Assembly: GCA_005239925.1 (NCBI GenBank)
Contig: SBBA01000183.1
Span: 27 to 64,026, forward strand
DNA: 64,000 nt
Source: Candidatus Troglogloeales bacterium
GTDB taxonomy: Bacteria; Nitrospirota; Nitrospiria; SBBL01; SBBA01
Direction of reading: 5' to 3'
Each line of letters opens with the position of its first letter. The stretch's first letter is position 1. The position numbers and the translations under genes were made by a program. The notes beneath the pieces were generated by a model. It saw only the letters and a list, made by a program, of their open reading frames with translations, was not told where the DNA came from and did not search any database. Of the stretch, positions 15,083 to 25,862 are shown one piece after another.

Positions 15083-18000
15083 TTATGGAATGCTAGTAGA
15101 TATTTCGCATAAAACCCCAGTATCTGTACCACTGCCACCTGAACATAGATCAATATGTAATCCGCCATTTAATACGTCATTTCCTGATCCACCAAGCAAT
15201 CTATCGTCTCCAGCGTCTCCATTCAGAGTATCGTTGCCGTTCTGACCATGCAGGTCGTCTTTTCCATCTCCTCCGGATAAGAGGTCGTTCCCACTTCGAC
15301 CATAGAGCTTATCATCGCCCACACCACCATCTATAACATCGTCTCCCTCCTGACCATGGAGGGCGTCTCTTCCATTCCCACCTGACAAGACGTCATTTCC
15401 ATACTTACCATAAAGTCGGTCGTTCCCGGCGCCACCCTCCATGATATCATCTCCCTCATTACCATGTAGTATGTCGTCTCCACCTTCACCTTTTAGAATA
15501 TCATTCCCATAGCCGCCATAAATCTTATCTTTACCTAAACCACCTACCAGGCAATCACTTCCACCACGCCCCCTGATATCATCATTACCCCCTAAGCCCC
15601 GAATCAGGTCGTTCCCGGATGTGCCACCTAGGGTATCATTAAACGCCGTACCAACAATCACGTTATCAATCCGCAGCACGCCACATTCTAGCGCAAACAA
15701 CAGAAATTCTCCAGAACCAATAGAAAGACTCACTCCCCCTGACTCCACAATAACAGTTCCACCGGATACCAAAGACGAAATGGTTTCATCCTGGTGTATG
15801 GTTAATGCTAACACAGCGCCAGGTCCCAGCGTTGTGGTATAGGCCTTGCCATTAATATCAACGCCTATCACTGCCCCAGTTGGCCCGGCAAGGGAGAAGG
15901 CAAGATCGCCTTCCAGTGGAGTAACCGCCGTCATAGAGGCGCCGGTATCCAACGCAACCGCCGTTGTGATCCCACCCGAAGTTAGCGTGATATTGACCGG
16001 CCCTGCAATACTGGATATAACCGCTGACCCACAGGACACTGAAGTCATTATTGAATTCACTAATGACGCCGGAAAAACAAGTTCAGCCGGAGGGATACAG
16101 GCCAATGTAACCGTGGCCGGAGAGAGGCCCGACTCAACGGTGATCGTTATCCTGCCACCTACCCACTCCAGTTTAATAATCCGACCGGCCCGATTCGTAA
16201 GGGTTCCCATCGTTAGCCCATCCGAGAAGTCATTAGAGAAAGTGATTGGCTCTAAGTCTATGTCATCAACAATCCCATCGTTATCGTCATCCGGGTCAAT
16301 ACAATCGGCCATCTCGTCCCCGTCGGTGTTGGTAAATCCTTCATCCACGCCCTCGTTCAGGTCATTGTCAACGCCATCACAAATCTCCGGCGTGGAAAGG
16401 GGATTCAACGGATTAGACCCTGCGGCCAACTCGATGTCGTCGGAGAACGTGTCGCCATCGTCATCCGGGTCAACACAATTGGCCATCGTATCGCCATCGG
16501 TGTCGGTAAATCCTTCATCCACGCCCTCGTTCAGGTCATTGTCAATTCCATCGCAAGACTCCGGCGTGGAGGCAGCATTGAGCGGATCAGCTCCCTCGGC
16601 AATCTCCACAGCGTCGAGGAACCCGTCACCATCATCATCGTCATCACAAATATCGCCTGAACTATCTCCATCAGTATTAGTTTGATTCGTGTTGGCTGTT
16701 ATGAGGCAGTTGTCGGTTGAGTCGGGAATGCCATCTTGATCGGTGTCGATAATAATATCAAAAAGCGTCTGCTGGCATGTCTGCAAGAGTGTAATCTCCA
16801 TAGTTGGATCGCATACGGCCTTATTTCCGGTCCAGACAACATAGGCATTCCCGTTAAGAACGGCCACGCCATTATAATCACCAATACGAAGCAGGCCATT
16901 TCCTTTTTCAGGGGCGCCCAAGTCCGGATCAAAGGGGGCATGGGCATCATTCACCTGCACCTCGGGAAGAAAGGTCAAGCCACCATCTACACTGCTTCTT
17001 GAAAACAAATCCAACAAGAAGTGATCATTGCTATTCACAGCCCCACGCCTGGTATCATACCAGGTTACCGTTAAGAATCCTGATCGGGGATCAATACCGG
17101 CGGCAGGAAAAAACTGAATCGTTTCATCGGGGCTAGTGTCCACCCGTAGCGGGGCATCCCAGTGCTGCCCAAAATCGGTGGAACGGGCAATATAAACATT
17201 CATATCATCAAAATCAGGACCGTGACTTATATCGGTTGGATCATCCGCAGCAACCACGTAAATATTGCCCGGGCGGGCCGCGTCGGGCAACACCCATGCC
17301 TGAGCGGAGGGCTGCGTCCATGTGATCGTCTTATTCAGACGCCTGTCACTGAAGTTGAAAGTAATATCCGCATTGCCTGCCGTAAAAGCGGTTGTCGGCG
17401 GGAGATAATTGTTACCTCCATCCGTTGACCGTCGAACCATCACCTGACCAGTTTCTCCATCAGGATTACCGCCGTTAAACCTGGGCTGATTATGGTAGGC
17501 GACATAAACGTCACCGTTGGACGCCACGGCGTTATGTGCCGGCCAATTAAATTCCAAGTCATCCTCAGACAGAATCAGCCCAGCAGACCAGTTCAACCCC
17601 TGATCATCAGAGAAGGAGGTGATGACAACGGTCCTGGGGCCACTAAATTTTGTCCAAACAACATAGAGGCGGTCTCTATATGGACTCGTAGAAAAGCTAT
17701 CGGCGGCAAGCCAATCTTTATCGTTAATCGCTCCATCGTCGGCCGCAAATCCAGCGCCAGACGTCACATTCACCGGATAGCCGGGAAGGATCTCCCCCGT
17801 CATCGGATTGATCTGCGAAATAAAGATATCTCTTCTGTTCGTGTTACCTGATCTCTTTGCCAAGTACGTCCAAAACAAACGCCCCTGGCTGTCATAGGCC
17901 AGAGACGTATCGCCTCCAATAACATGAGGGTCATAATCACTCGACAGAGCCGGAGGCACAATGGCCCTTGTTGGGGCGCTAAACGTGGCCCCCCCGTCGG

Positions 18001-18211
18001 CTGAAACACGTACTTCAGCTGATGGGGAGACGGCAATACGATTTGGATTATTCGGATCAATAGCAATCGCGGGTTGACTCAGCCCGCCTAATGGGAGGTC
18101 AACGGACTGGGCAACCGCAGTACCAATAAGCGTAGGGAGCACCTGTAGCGTCGCAGCAAAAAGAGCCCCAACACAAAACGCAACTCTTTTTGAAAAAGAG
18201 ACCTTTTTCAT
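15083..18211 (-). CDS. Secreted multidomain protein: BNR/sialidase-like propeller, thrombospondin type-3-like Ca-binding repeats and a C-terminal RTX nonapeptide block
   Basis: 1042-aa ORF with an N-terminal signal ending '...GTAVAQS'. Asp-box motifs are 'SADGGATF', 'SDDQGLNW', 'STDGGNNY', 'STDFGQHW' and 'SVDGGLTF'. 'DTDQDGIPDSTDNC' and 'DGDxxxDxxDxDDD' repeats are present. There are more than 12 'GGxGxDxL' RTX repeats near the C-terminus. Confidence 0.85.
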   Translation of the reverse strand: MKKVSFSKRVAFCVGALFAATLQVLPTLIGTAVAQSVDLPLGGLSQPAIAIDPNNPNRIAVSPSAEVRVSADGGATFSAPTRAIVPPALSSDYDPHVIGGDTSLAYDSQGRLFWTYLAKRSGNTNRRDIFISQINPMTGEILPGYPVNVTSGAGFAADDGAINDKDWLAADSFSTSPYRDRLYVVWTKFSGPRTVVITSFSDDQGLNWSAGLILSEDDLEFNWPAHNAVASNGDVYVAYHNQPRFNGGNPDGETGQVMVRRSTDGGNNYLPPTTAFTAGNADITFNFSDRRLNKTITWTQPSAQAWVLPDAARPGNIYVVAADDPTDISHGPDFDDMNVYIARSTDFGQHWDAPLRVDTSPDETIQFFPAAGIDPRSGFLTVTWYDTRRGAVNSNDHFLLDLFSRSSVDGGLTFLPEVQVNDAHAPFDPDLGAPEKGNGLLRIGDYNGVAVLNGNAYVVWTGNKAVCDPTMEITLLQTCQQTLFDIIIDTDQDGIPDSTDNCLITANTNQTNTDGDSSGDICDDDDDGDGFLDAVEIAEGADPLNAASTPESCDGIDNDLNEGVDEGFTDTDGDTMANCVDPDDDGDTFSDDIELAAGSNPLNPLSTPEICDGVDNDLNEGVDEGFTNTDGDEMADCIDPDDDNDGIVDDIDLEPITFSNDFSDGLTMGTLTNRAGRIIKLEWVGGRITITVESGLSPATVTLACIPPAELVFPASLVNSIMTSVSCGSAVISSIAGPVNITLTSGGITTAVALDTGASMTAVTPLEGDLAFSLAGPTGAVIGVDINGKAYTTTLGPGAVLALTIHQDETISSLVSGGTVIVESGGVSLSIGSGEFLLFALECGVLRIDNVIVGTAFNDTLGGTSGNDLIRGLGGNDDIRGRGGSDCLVGGLGKDKIYGGYGNDILKGEGGDDILHGNEGDDIMEGGAGNDRLYGKYGNDVLSGGNGRDALHGQEGDDVIDGGVGDDKLYGRSGNDLLSGGDGKDDLHGQNGNDTLNGDAGDDRLLGGSGNDVLNGGLHIDLCSGGSGTDTGVLCEISTSIP
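16262..16612 (-). repeat. Tandem 174-bp (58-codon) duplication inside the RTX/TSP3 gene
   Basis: An identical 41-mer 'ggtaaatccttcatccacgccctcgttcaggtcattgtcaa' occurs at 16331-16371 and 16505-16545. At protein level the units are 'STPESCDGIDNDLNEGVDEGFTDTDGD' and 'STPEICDGVDNDLNEGVDEGFTNTDGD'. Confidence 0.8.
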
Positions 18212-18308
18212 GACATCCCCCTCCTTTCAGAAGCATGGCTAAAAGAATACAGCCCTTGATGTTCAGATTGACATGACGTTATACCGACCATTGCCGATAT
18301 TCTCAGTT

Positions 18309-18450
18309 GGGCACCTCTAAAAACCTACTGCGCGACCCAATTGCTGCGTTGCGCGGTGCTCGGAATCCTCATGTACACTGCGTACATTCCGGTTCCTCTG
18401 CTTCGTGCACCTTGCACTTGGGCCGCTCGCGACGGTTTTTAGAGGTACCC
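18309..18450 (+). mobile_element. Family A MITE-like element, copy A3 (142-bp subtype)
   Basis: TIRs are GGGCACCTCTAAAAACC and GGTTTTTAGAGGTACCC. Flanking direct repeat is AGTT/AGTT. It differs from A2 by about a dozen mismatches on manual alignment. Confidence 0.8.
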
Positions 18451-18499
18451 AGTTACGACTTTCTACCCGTAATAGGCTAAAGGCCATCAATACACTTGT

Positions 18500-18949
18500 C
18501 TAAAAATAATTTAACCTTTCAGTCGTTGCCTCCCACACATAGATCACCTCATAAAAGTCCGGACTACTTAAGTTGTTTCGCACAGACCTTTTCAGGAGAC
18601 AAATCTCCTCACTATTACTCTGATAGATGGGAACTCCTGTGTATGGCAAAAGATATCTGGCTACCCCAGTAAGGGGCAGTTGGCCATAGGCATTACCTCC
18701 TGGGATAGCTCCGGATAACACTTGCGTATAGCTAACATGGGGTGGCTTATCTGAATCACAAACCCAGCATGCATCAATCTTACCCAAGACAATAACATCT
18801 GACTCGGCTATTTGCGCAAGAAGTTCTGGAGGGGGGTCAGCCCGTAGAGGGGCTTCTTTGGAGGGAGATGGGGCTTCACCGCAAGAAAAAACTAAAAATT
18901 CAAAAAGGAGTACAAGAAAAGCGGCGAAAGTTCGTGTTTTTCCTGTCAT
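18500..18949 (-). CDS. Small putative lipoprotein
   Basis: The ORF is open to 19108, but ATG 18949 gives 'MTGKTRTFAAFLVLLFEFLVFSC', a signal with a lipobox. Confidence 0.5.
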   Translation of the reverse strand: MTGKTRTFAAFLVLLFEFLVFSCGEAPSPSKEAPLRADPPPELLAQIAESDVIVLGKIDACWVCDSDKPPHVSYTQVLSGAIPGGNAYGQLPLTGVARYLLPYTGVPIYQSNSEEICLLKRSVRNNLSSPDFYEVIYVWEATTERLNYF

Positions 18950-19285
18950 AACCACGCTTACGCTCTCACCCGTTTTGCCAGCATAATAGATAACACAAAC
19001 GCGATGCCGTTTCTCCGTTCTGACATAGAAAAAGCCTCTTCCCACAAGTAAACTGCGGAAACAGGCCTCACTCAACAACACTCTTTTGTTCTTTGTACAG
19101 AGAAACACTACCCCTCACAGTCGGTTAAGGAGATACGGGAACCAAGGCCCCAGTGCTATATTCAGATTACTATTCTACCAAAAACTTTAACAAAACAAAT
19201 CAGCCGTACTCTACACTAAAAAAAACGATTTGTCAAGAAAAAAATGGTATTTAACAGAAGAAGTTTATCGCAAAGGGGTATATTT

Positions 19286-20074
19286 TCACCGCTTTTCTTC
19301 TTCTAAAGGAATTTCCTTTGTGCCTTTAGAGAAAAGACGATAGAGGGCCACCACCGGCTTTTCAATGATACCGGAGATTACATACAACAAGGCCATACTG
19401 AAGATCATCACCTGGGTTTCTACAACTAAAACCAAGAAGATGAGTATCATAGCTACTAAAACACTAAACGAAGTTTGGTCCCTGAATTTAATATCTTTTA
19501 TGCCGCGGTAGGGTAATGAGCTTACCATAAGAAAGGCCAGCACATACGTCATGCTTAAAACAACAATCGGACGAACTTCCTTTCCCACATGTAAAATATA
19601 ATCATCTAATATGACCAGTGATGCGATCAAAGCCGCCGCAGCAGGGATAGGAAGGCCCATGAAACCTTTCGTTTCCGTGGTTGTGGCCTTAACGTTAAAG
19701 CGGGATAGTCGAAGGGCGCCACAGGCAATATAAAGAAAGACAGCCGCCCAACCCAGACGGCCATATTCACTCAAACCCCAAGCGTAAACCAAAAATCCGG
19801 GGGCCACACCAAAGGAAATCACATCCGACAACGAATCATATTCCAGACCAAAGCGGCTGGTCGTCTTGGTCATTCGCGCGAGCTTTCCATCAAGGGAGTC
19901 AAAGATGGTTGCAATCAGGATGGCCATCGCCGCATTCACATAGGCCTTATCATAAACGGCCAGAATGGCAAAGACGCCACAAAAAAGATTGGCCGTGGTA
20001 AACAAATTAGGGAGCAGGTAGACGCCCTTCTTACCCAACTCTCTTATCCGAGGCCGCTGCTTCCGAGGTATCAT
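19286..20074 (-). CDS. pssA: CDP-diacylglycerol--serine O-phosphatidyltransferase
   Basis: It carries the CDP-alcohol phosphatidyltransferase motif 'DSLDGKLARMTKTTSRFGLEYDSLSD'. ATG 20074 overlaps the psd stop as ATGA. The ORF is open to 20107. Confidence 0.85.
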   Translation of the reverse strand: MIPRKQRPRIRELGKKGVYLLPNLFTTANLFCGVFAILAVYDKAYVNAAMAILIATIFDSLDGKLARMTKTTSRFGLEYDSLSDVISFGVAPGFLVYAWGLSEYGRLGWAAVFLYIACGALRLSRFNVKATTTETKGFMGLPIPAAAALIASLVILDDYILHVGKEVRPIVVLSMTYVLAFLMVSSLPYRGIKDIKFRDQTSFSVLVAMILIFLVLVVETQVMIFSMALLYVISGIIEKPVVALYRLFSKGTKEIPLEEEKR

Positions 20075-20718
20075 GTCAGTTTTCCTAAAACGGTCTGCCC
20101 CCCCCACACGCGATCCCCTTTTGAAACCCGCAGGGCAACTCCGACCGGAAAAATAAGATCGACGCGAGAACCAAAACGAATTAAACCAAACCGCTCACCG
20201 CAGTTCATGACCGCACCTTTTTTTATCCAGCAGACGATACGCCGGGCAATAAACCCCGCAATTTGGGTTACAATGACTTTTTTACCCCAGGGGGTCTCCA
20301 TAATCACACTGTTTTGTTCATTCTCCAGTGATGCCTTGGGGACATTGGCAGCAAAGAACCGGCCTGGATTATAAGAGATATCAATCACCCGTCCTTCCAC
20401 CGGAACCCGTGTAATATGAACATCGAAAACATTCAAAAAGATACTGACCCTAATGGCCGGTCCCTTGATGACCTGCTCGTCGTATATCTTTGAAATATCC
20501 ACAATCGTTCCATCTGCAGGAGAGACCAGCAACCCATCCCCTTCCGGAACAACACGATGCGGGTCCCTGAAAAACCAGGTGCAAAAGAGGGTGAGCAACG
20601 CAAAAAATGCGGCCCATCCATCACCCAAGGCGGCCTTGGCAAAGAGGGTTAAAAGGGCACCACACCCGATAAAAGTAAACCCCTCCTTGGCAATGGGGAA
20701 TTGTGTCTCCTGTTTCAC
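20071..20718 (-). CDS. psd: Phosphatidylserine decarboxylase proenzyme (short form)
   Basis: 215-aa ORF with the self-cleavage site 'FGSRVD' near the C-terminus. It lies upstream of pssA. Confidence 0.85.
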   Translation of the reverse strand: MKQETQFPIAKEGFTFIGCGALLTLFAKAALGDGWAAFFALLTLFCTWFFRDPHRVVPEGDGLLVSPADGTIVDISKIYDEQVIKGPAIRVSIFLNVFDVHITRVPVEGRVIDISYNPGRFFAANVPKASLENEQNSVIMETPWGKKVIVTQIAGFIARRIVCWIKKGAVMNCGERFGLIRFGSRVDLIFPVGVALRVSKGDRVWGGQTVLGKLT

Positions 20719-20722
20719 GTTT

Positions 20723-22271
<1,549 letters not shown>

Positions 22272-22288
22272 AAATTAGAAAATAGGGA

Positions 22289-24073
22289 TCAAGCAGTTAA
22301 AACCCCCTCGGCCCGATCTCCCTCTTCTTCCTGTTGTTTGATGTCGGTAGGCTCTGGATCTTTAAAAACCATTTCGTTATGGCCCGCTCCGGCAGGAATC
22401 ATCGGATAACAATTTTCCATTTCATCCACTTGAAAGTCCATCACCACCGGCTTTGCAATACCAAAAGCAGCATCCAGCACATCGTCTACTTCGGATACTT
22501 TGGTGGCACGAAGACCCATCACGCCAAACGCCTCGGCCAGTTTTACAAAATCGGGACAGGTGCCCATGTAACTAGACGAATAACGCCCGTTATAAAAAAG
22601 TTGTTGCCACTGACGCACCATGCCCAAATATTTATTATTGATGATAGCGAGCTTGACCGGCAGATTGTACTGGGCCACGGTTGCCAACTCTTGGATATTC
22701 ATAATCACGCCGCCATCCCCGGCAATACAGATCACCTGCTCATTGGGATAAGCAAATTGCGCCCCAATCGCCGCCGGAAAGCCGTATCCCATCGTTCCCA
22801 ATCCACCGGAGTTGATAAAGGTGCGAGGCCGATCAAACTTGTAAAACTGGGCTGCCCACATCTGATGCTGACCTACGTCGGTCGTTACAATGGCCTGTCC
22901 ACGGGTTTTTTCATAGATACGCTCAATAACATACTGAGGCTTAATAATAGAATCTCCCTGCGTATAGGTCAGTGGATGCTCTTTTTTCCATTGTTCGATT
23001 TGGGCCATCCATTCGCCATAAGGATTGACTGATCCGTTCCCCCCGGTTCGCAATACATTATTTAACTCCTTCAAAACCCGTTTCACATCCCCCACAATCG
23101 GAACGTGCACCTTAATATTTTTATGAATGGATGTTGGATCAATATCAATATGAACAATTCGTGCGTAGGGGGCAAAGGCGGATGTTTTTCCGGTGACCCG
23201 GTCATCAAAGCGGGCCCCGATGGCAACAATTAGATCGGCCTCGTGCATCGCCATGTTGGCCCAATAGGTTCCATGCATCCCCAGCATCCCTAAGAACAGT
23301 GGATGTCTTGCGGGAAAGGCGCCCAGCCCCATCACCGTAGAGGTTACGGGAATATGGGTGAGTTCGGCCAGTTCATAAAGCTCTTGCCAGGCAGAGGAAT
23401 GCAAGACCCCCCCCCCGGAATAAAGCACCGGACGGCGCGCCTTGGCAATCTCCTGTGCCGCTTGACGAATCTGCCATTTATTTCCCTTTAGAATAGGGGC
23501 GTAGCTGCGAAGCGAAATCTCTTCCGGATATTTAAATTCGGTCTTGGCCTGAAAGACATCCTTGGGAAGATCAACCAAGACAGGGCCAGGCCGTCCCGAA
23601 GAGGCGATATAAAATGCCTCCTTCATGGCCTGGGCCAGGTCTTCCACATTCTTGACGAGGATATTATATTTGGTGCAGGGACGTGTAATGCCAACAACAT
23701 CGGCCTCCTGAAAGGCGTCGTTGCCAATCAAATGGGTCGGCACCTGCCCGGTGAGAATGATCATCGGCGTGGAATCCATGAAGGCATCGGCGATGGCGGT
23801 GACGGTATTGGTGGCACCCGGCCCGGATGTGACCAGGAGGACACCGGGTTTCCCTGTTGCGCGGGCATACCCCTCGGCCATATGTCCTCCCCCCTGCTCG
23901 TGCCGGCAAAGGATCAACTCGATTTCTTTTTCATCGTAAAAGGCATCAAAAATAGGGAGATTGACGCCGCCAGGATATCCGAAAACAACACGAACTCCTT
24001 CTTGTCTTAAACATTCTATTACAATTTGTGCGCCTGAAAGTTTCATAGTTACTTCACGGAAAGTACCTGTCAT
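22289..24073 (-). CDS. ilvB: Acetolactate synthase large (catalytic) subunit
   Basis: 594-aa ORF (alternative start ATG 24046, 'MKLSGAQ'). It has the ThDP enzyme motifs 'GYPGG', 'TSGPGATN' and 'GDGG...NN'. Confidence 0.95.
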   Translation of the reverse strand: MTGTFREVTMKLSGAQIVIECLRQEGVRVVFGYPGGVNLPIFDAFYDEKEIELILCRHEQGGGHMAEGYARATGKPGVLLVTSGPGATNTVTAIADAFMDSTPMIILTGQVPTHLIGNDAFQEADVVGITRPCTKYNILVKNVEDLAQAMKEAFYIASSGRPGPVLVDLPKDVFQAKTEFKYPEEISLRSYAPILKGNKWQIRQAAQEIAKARRPVLYSGGGVLHSSAWQELYELAELTHIPVTSTVMGLGAFPARHPLFLGMLGMHGTYWANMAMHEADLIVAIGARFDDRVTGKTSAFAPYARIVHIDIDPTSIHKNIKVHVPIVGDVKRVLKELNNVLRTGGNGSVNPYGEWMAQIEQWKKEHPLTYTQGDSIIKPQYVIERIYEKTRGQAIVTTDVGQHQMWAAQFYKFDRPRTFINSGGLGTMGYGFPAAIGAQFAYPNEQVICIAGDGGVIMNIQELATVAQYNLPVKLAIINNKYLGMVRQWQQLFYNGRYSSSYMGTCPDFVKLAEAFGVMGLRATKVSEVDDVLDAAFGIAKPVVMDFQVDEMENCYPMIPAGAGHNEMVFKDPEPTDIKQQEEEGDRAEGVLTA

Positions 24074-24206
24074 TGTTGCACAAGCCTATTATTTGAGTCA
24101 ACCAACGGGAAAGGCTTTACCCATTGCACAAAAGGATCCAGCGCTATTTATTTTAATGTCGCTTAAGGCATTGTCTCCATGCAATTGGATTGACCATCCT
24201 AATATT

Positions 24207-25862
24207 CTATAGCCCTAGGTTTTCTGGCATAGGGTGCCCCAAATACCCCCAGATATATTTTGTAAGGGTTTGGCCGGGGGCGCAAAACCCACGATCGGTT
24301 TTATTCTGCGGTGGATAGGCCCCTTTCGGCGGATTGTTTGACTCCGAAAAATCGGCGCGGATTTGATCCTCATAAGGCCACGGCCAAAGCGGCTCTGTTG
24401 TTAACGTATTCCACCCCTCCTCGCCCCAAAGCGTTTCGGATTTTCCATAACGATACAGGATGGTTGCCCCACGAGACACTCCTCCTTCTCCTGAACGGTA
24501 TGCCGGTGAGGTCGGCTCGACTCGCACCAGATATTTTAGTTTTGGATCGGAGGTCATGGCGTGCGTAGGCTGGGTTATGGAAATCAGTTTGTCCTTCAAG
24601 ACAAAGGACATAATCGAAGGAAAATAAAGGTTGTGCGAAGTGAACGGTAAAAAATCCCGTACCGATGAAAAAGCCTCTTTATTGTTGAGAAGCAGGGTGT
24701 TCATCACCTTCACTGGCAGCCGTGTGGCACCGGTCTCGCCTTCGGTATAAACGCCATATTGACTCTCCCCCAGTGTTGATTGGTTCACCTCCCCCCACCC
24801 CTTCGGGTCGCCCCTGGAGAAACGAACCGCTGGCCCGTCAATATCCCACGCGACACTCTGAATTACCTTTTGGCCCTTGTTTTGGTTGTAGTTATCCGCG
24901 ACAAAAAATCCGCCGATCACCGACTGGCTCGTCTTTCCTTTGATATTCAACGCAATCGATCCATAATAGCCGATGTTCTGTGTGGTCTTCGGATTGTAAT
25001 AGGCCCCATACATATTGTCGTAACTGTCGCCAGGATTTAAATCCAGGACCAAACAGTTCTGGCAAACGCTGTTCATCACGGCGCCATTTTTTGAAAAATC
25101 GTCCGCGCCGTAAAACGCAATCCCAGCCTTCGGTTCGACCGTCTTCGTATAATCCCATCGCACCACGACGCGCCGCAGAATCACCTGGCGCGTCGTATCT
25201 TCTTCTCTGTTGGAGCCGGATTTATTGTTTCCACTGATTAGCACGCCGTACCGCATGGCCCCCGTAATCCAAACGTCCTCGACGAGGATATGGTGGCTCC
25301 CCTTGGTAATGGTTAAAGGTGATCCCCACGGGTCATCAAAACGGGTTCCATTTTTGATAGACAGGCGAAGCAGCTTGATATGGTGTGATGCGGACAAAAA
25401 GATCGCTCCACCGGTGGGTGAGTTTCTGATCTTCAATCCCTCGATCTGGATATAGGCATTATTCATCAATCGAATCGGCGTTCTTAAAACTTGATGATCG
25501 TGAGCATTCTTCCCCGTTGCCTCCAGAATGGCCGCAAAGGAATGTTCCGCGCGGATGGTGGTATACCGGCCCGGCGCCCCATTGGGAAGATTCCATATCT
25601 GATTTTCTTCCCCGGTGTAGGTTCCGTCCTGAACAATCAATGTGTCCCCACCGGCCATGTTACGGACGGCGTGATCTAAGGTTCGAAAGGGGGCGTCAAT
25701 AGTTCCCTTGTTGTCATTACTTGCCTTGGGAGAAACGTAGTAGGTGGTTGCGGCATCAACCGGTAGAGGAATAACAAGCAGTAAGCTCGCAAAAAAGAGG
25801 GCGGCCAAAAAATGGAACGTCGTTCCCAAGCGGGAATTATTTTCTTTGCGCCATGAACACAT
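24207..25862 (-). CDS. Secreted right-handed beta-helix (pectate-lyase-fold-like) protein
   Basis: 551-aa ORF with a signal peptide ending 'PVDAATTYYVSP'. 'APFRTLDHAVRNMAGGDTLIVQDGTY' is a typical N-terminal cap of parallel beta-helix proteins. The start overlaps the suhB end by 26 nt; an alternative TTG is at 25829. Confidence 0.6.
   Translation of the reverse strand: MCSWRKENNSRLGTTFHFLAALFFASLLLVIPLPVDAATTYYVSPKASNDNKGTIDAPFRTLDHAVRNMAGGDTLIVQDGTYTGEENQIWNLPNGAPGRYTTIRAEHSFAAILEATGKNAHDHQVLRTPIRLMNNAYIQIEGLKIRNSPTGGAIFLSASHHIKLLRLSIKNGTRFDDPWGSPLTITKGSHHILVEDVWITGAMRYGVLISGNNKSGSNREEDTTRQVILRRVVVRWDYTKTVEPKAGIAFYGADDFSKNGAVMNSVCQNCLVLDLNPGDSYDNMYGAYYNPKTTQNIGYYGSIALNIKGKTSQSVIGGFFVADNYNQNKGQKVIQSVAWDIDGPAVRFSRGDPKGWGEVNQSTLGESQYGVYTEGETGATRLPVKVMNTLLLNNKEAFSSVRDFLPFTSHNLYFPSIMSFVLKDKLISITQPTHAMTSDPKLKYLVRVEPTSPAYRSGEGGVSRGATILYRYGKSETLWGEEGWNTLTTEPLWPWPYEDQIRADFSESNNPPKGAYPPQNKTDRGFCAPGQTLTKYIWGYLGHPMPENLGL

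Noticed and set aside
15846-16685. 279-aa plus-strand ORF (Ser/Pro-rich) inside the RTX/TSP3 gene
   Set aside because: It is antisense to a strongly supported 1042-aa gene. Its low-complexity S/P-rich product is the mirror image of the Asp/Gly-rich repeats. It has no RBS or recognisable domain.
22334-23032. 232-aa plus-strand ORF within ilvB. Similar long antisense ORFs lie at 41821..42381 (in ribBA), 34402..34899 (glgP/nudix), 49028..49513 (cheA/cheW), 774..1307 (apbC) and 52167..52553 (cheW)
   Set aside because: All of them lie fully or largely antisense to genes with unambiguous conserved motifs. Their products are Arg/His/Leu-rich with no recognisable features. They are typical shadow ORFs.
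24074-24206. A leader-peptide or attenuator upstream of ilvB
   Set aside because: The only small ORF on the coding strand is a few codons long with no Ile/Val/Leu run. No terminator/antiterminator alternative pairing is evident by eye.
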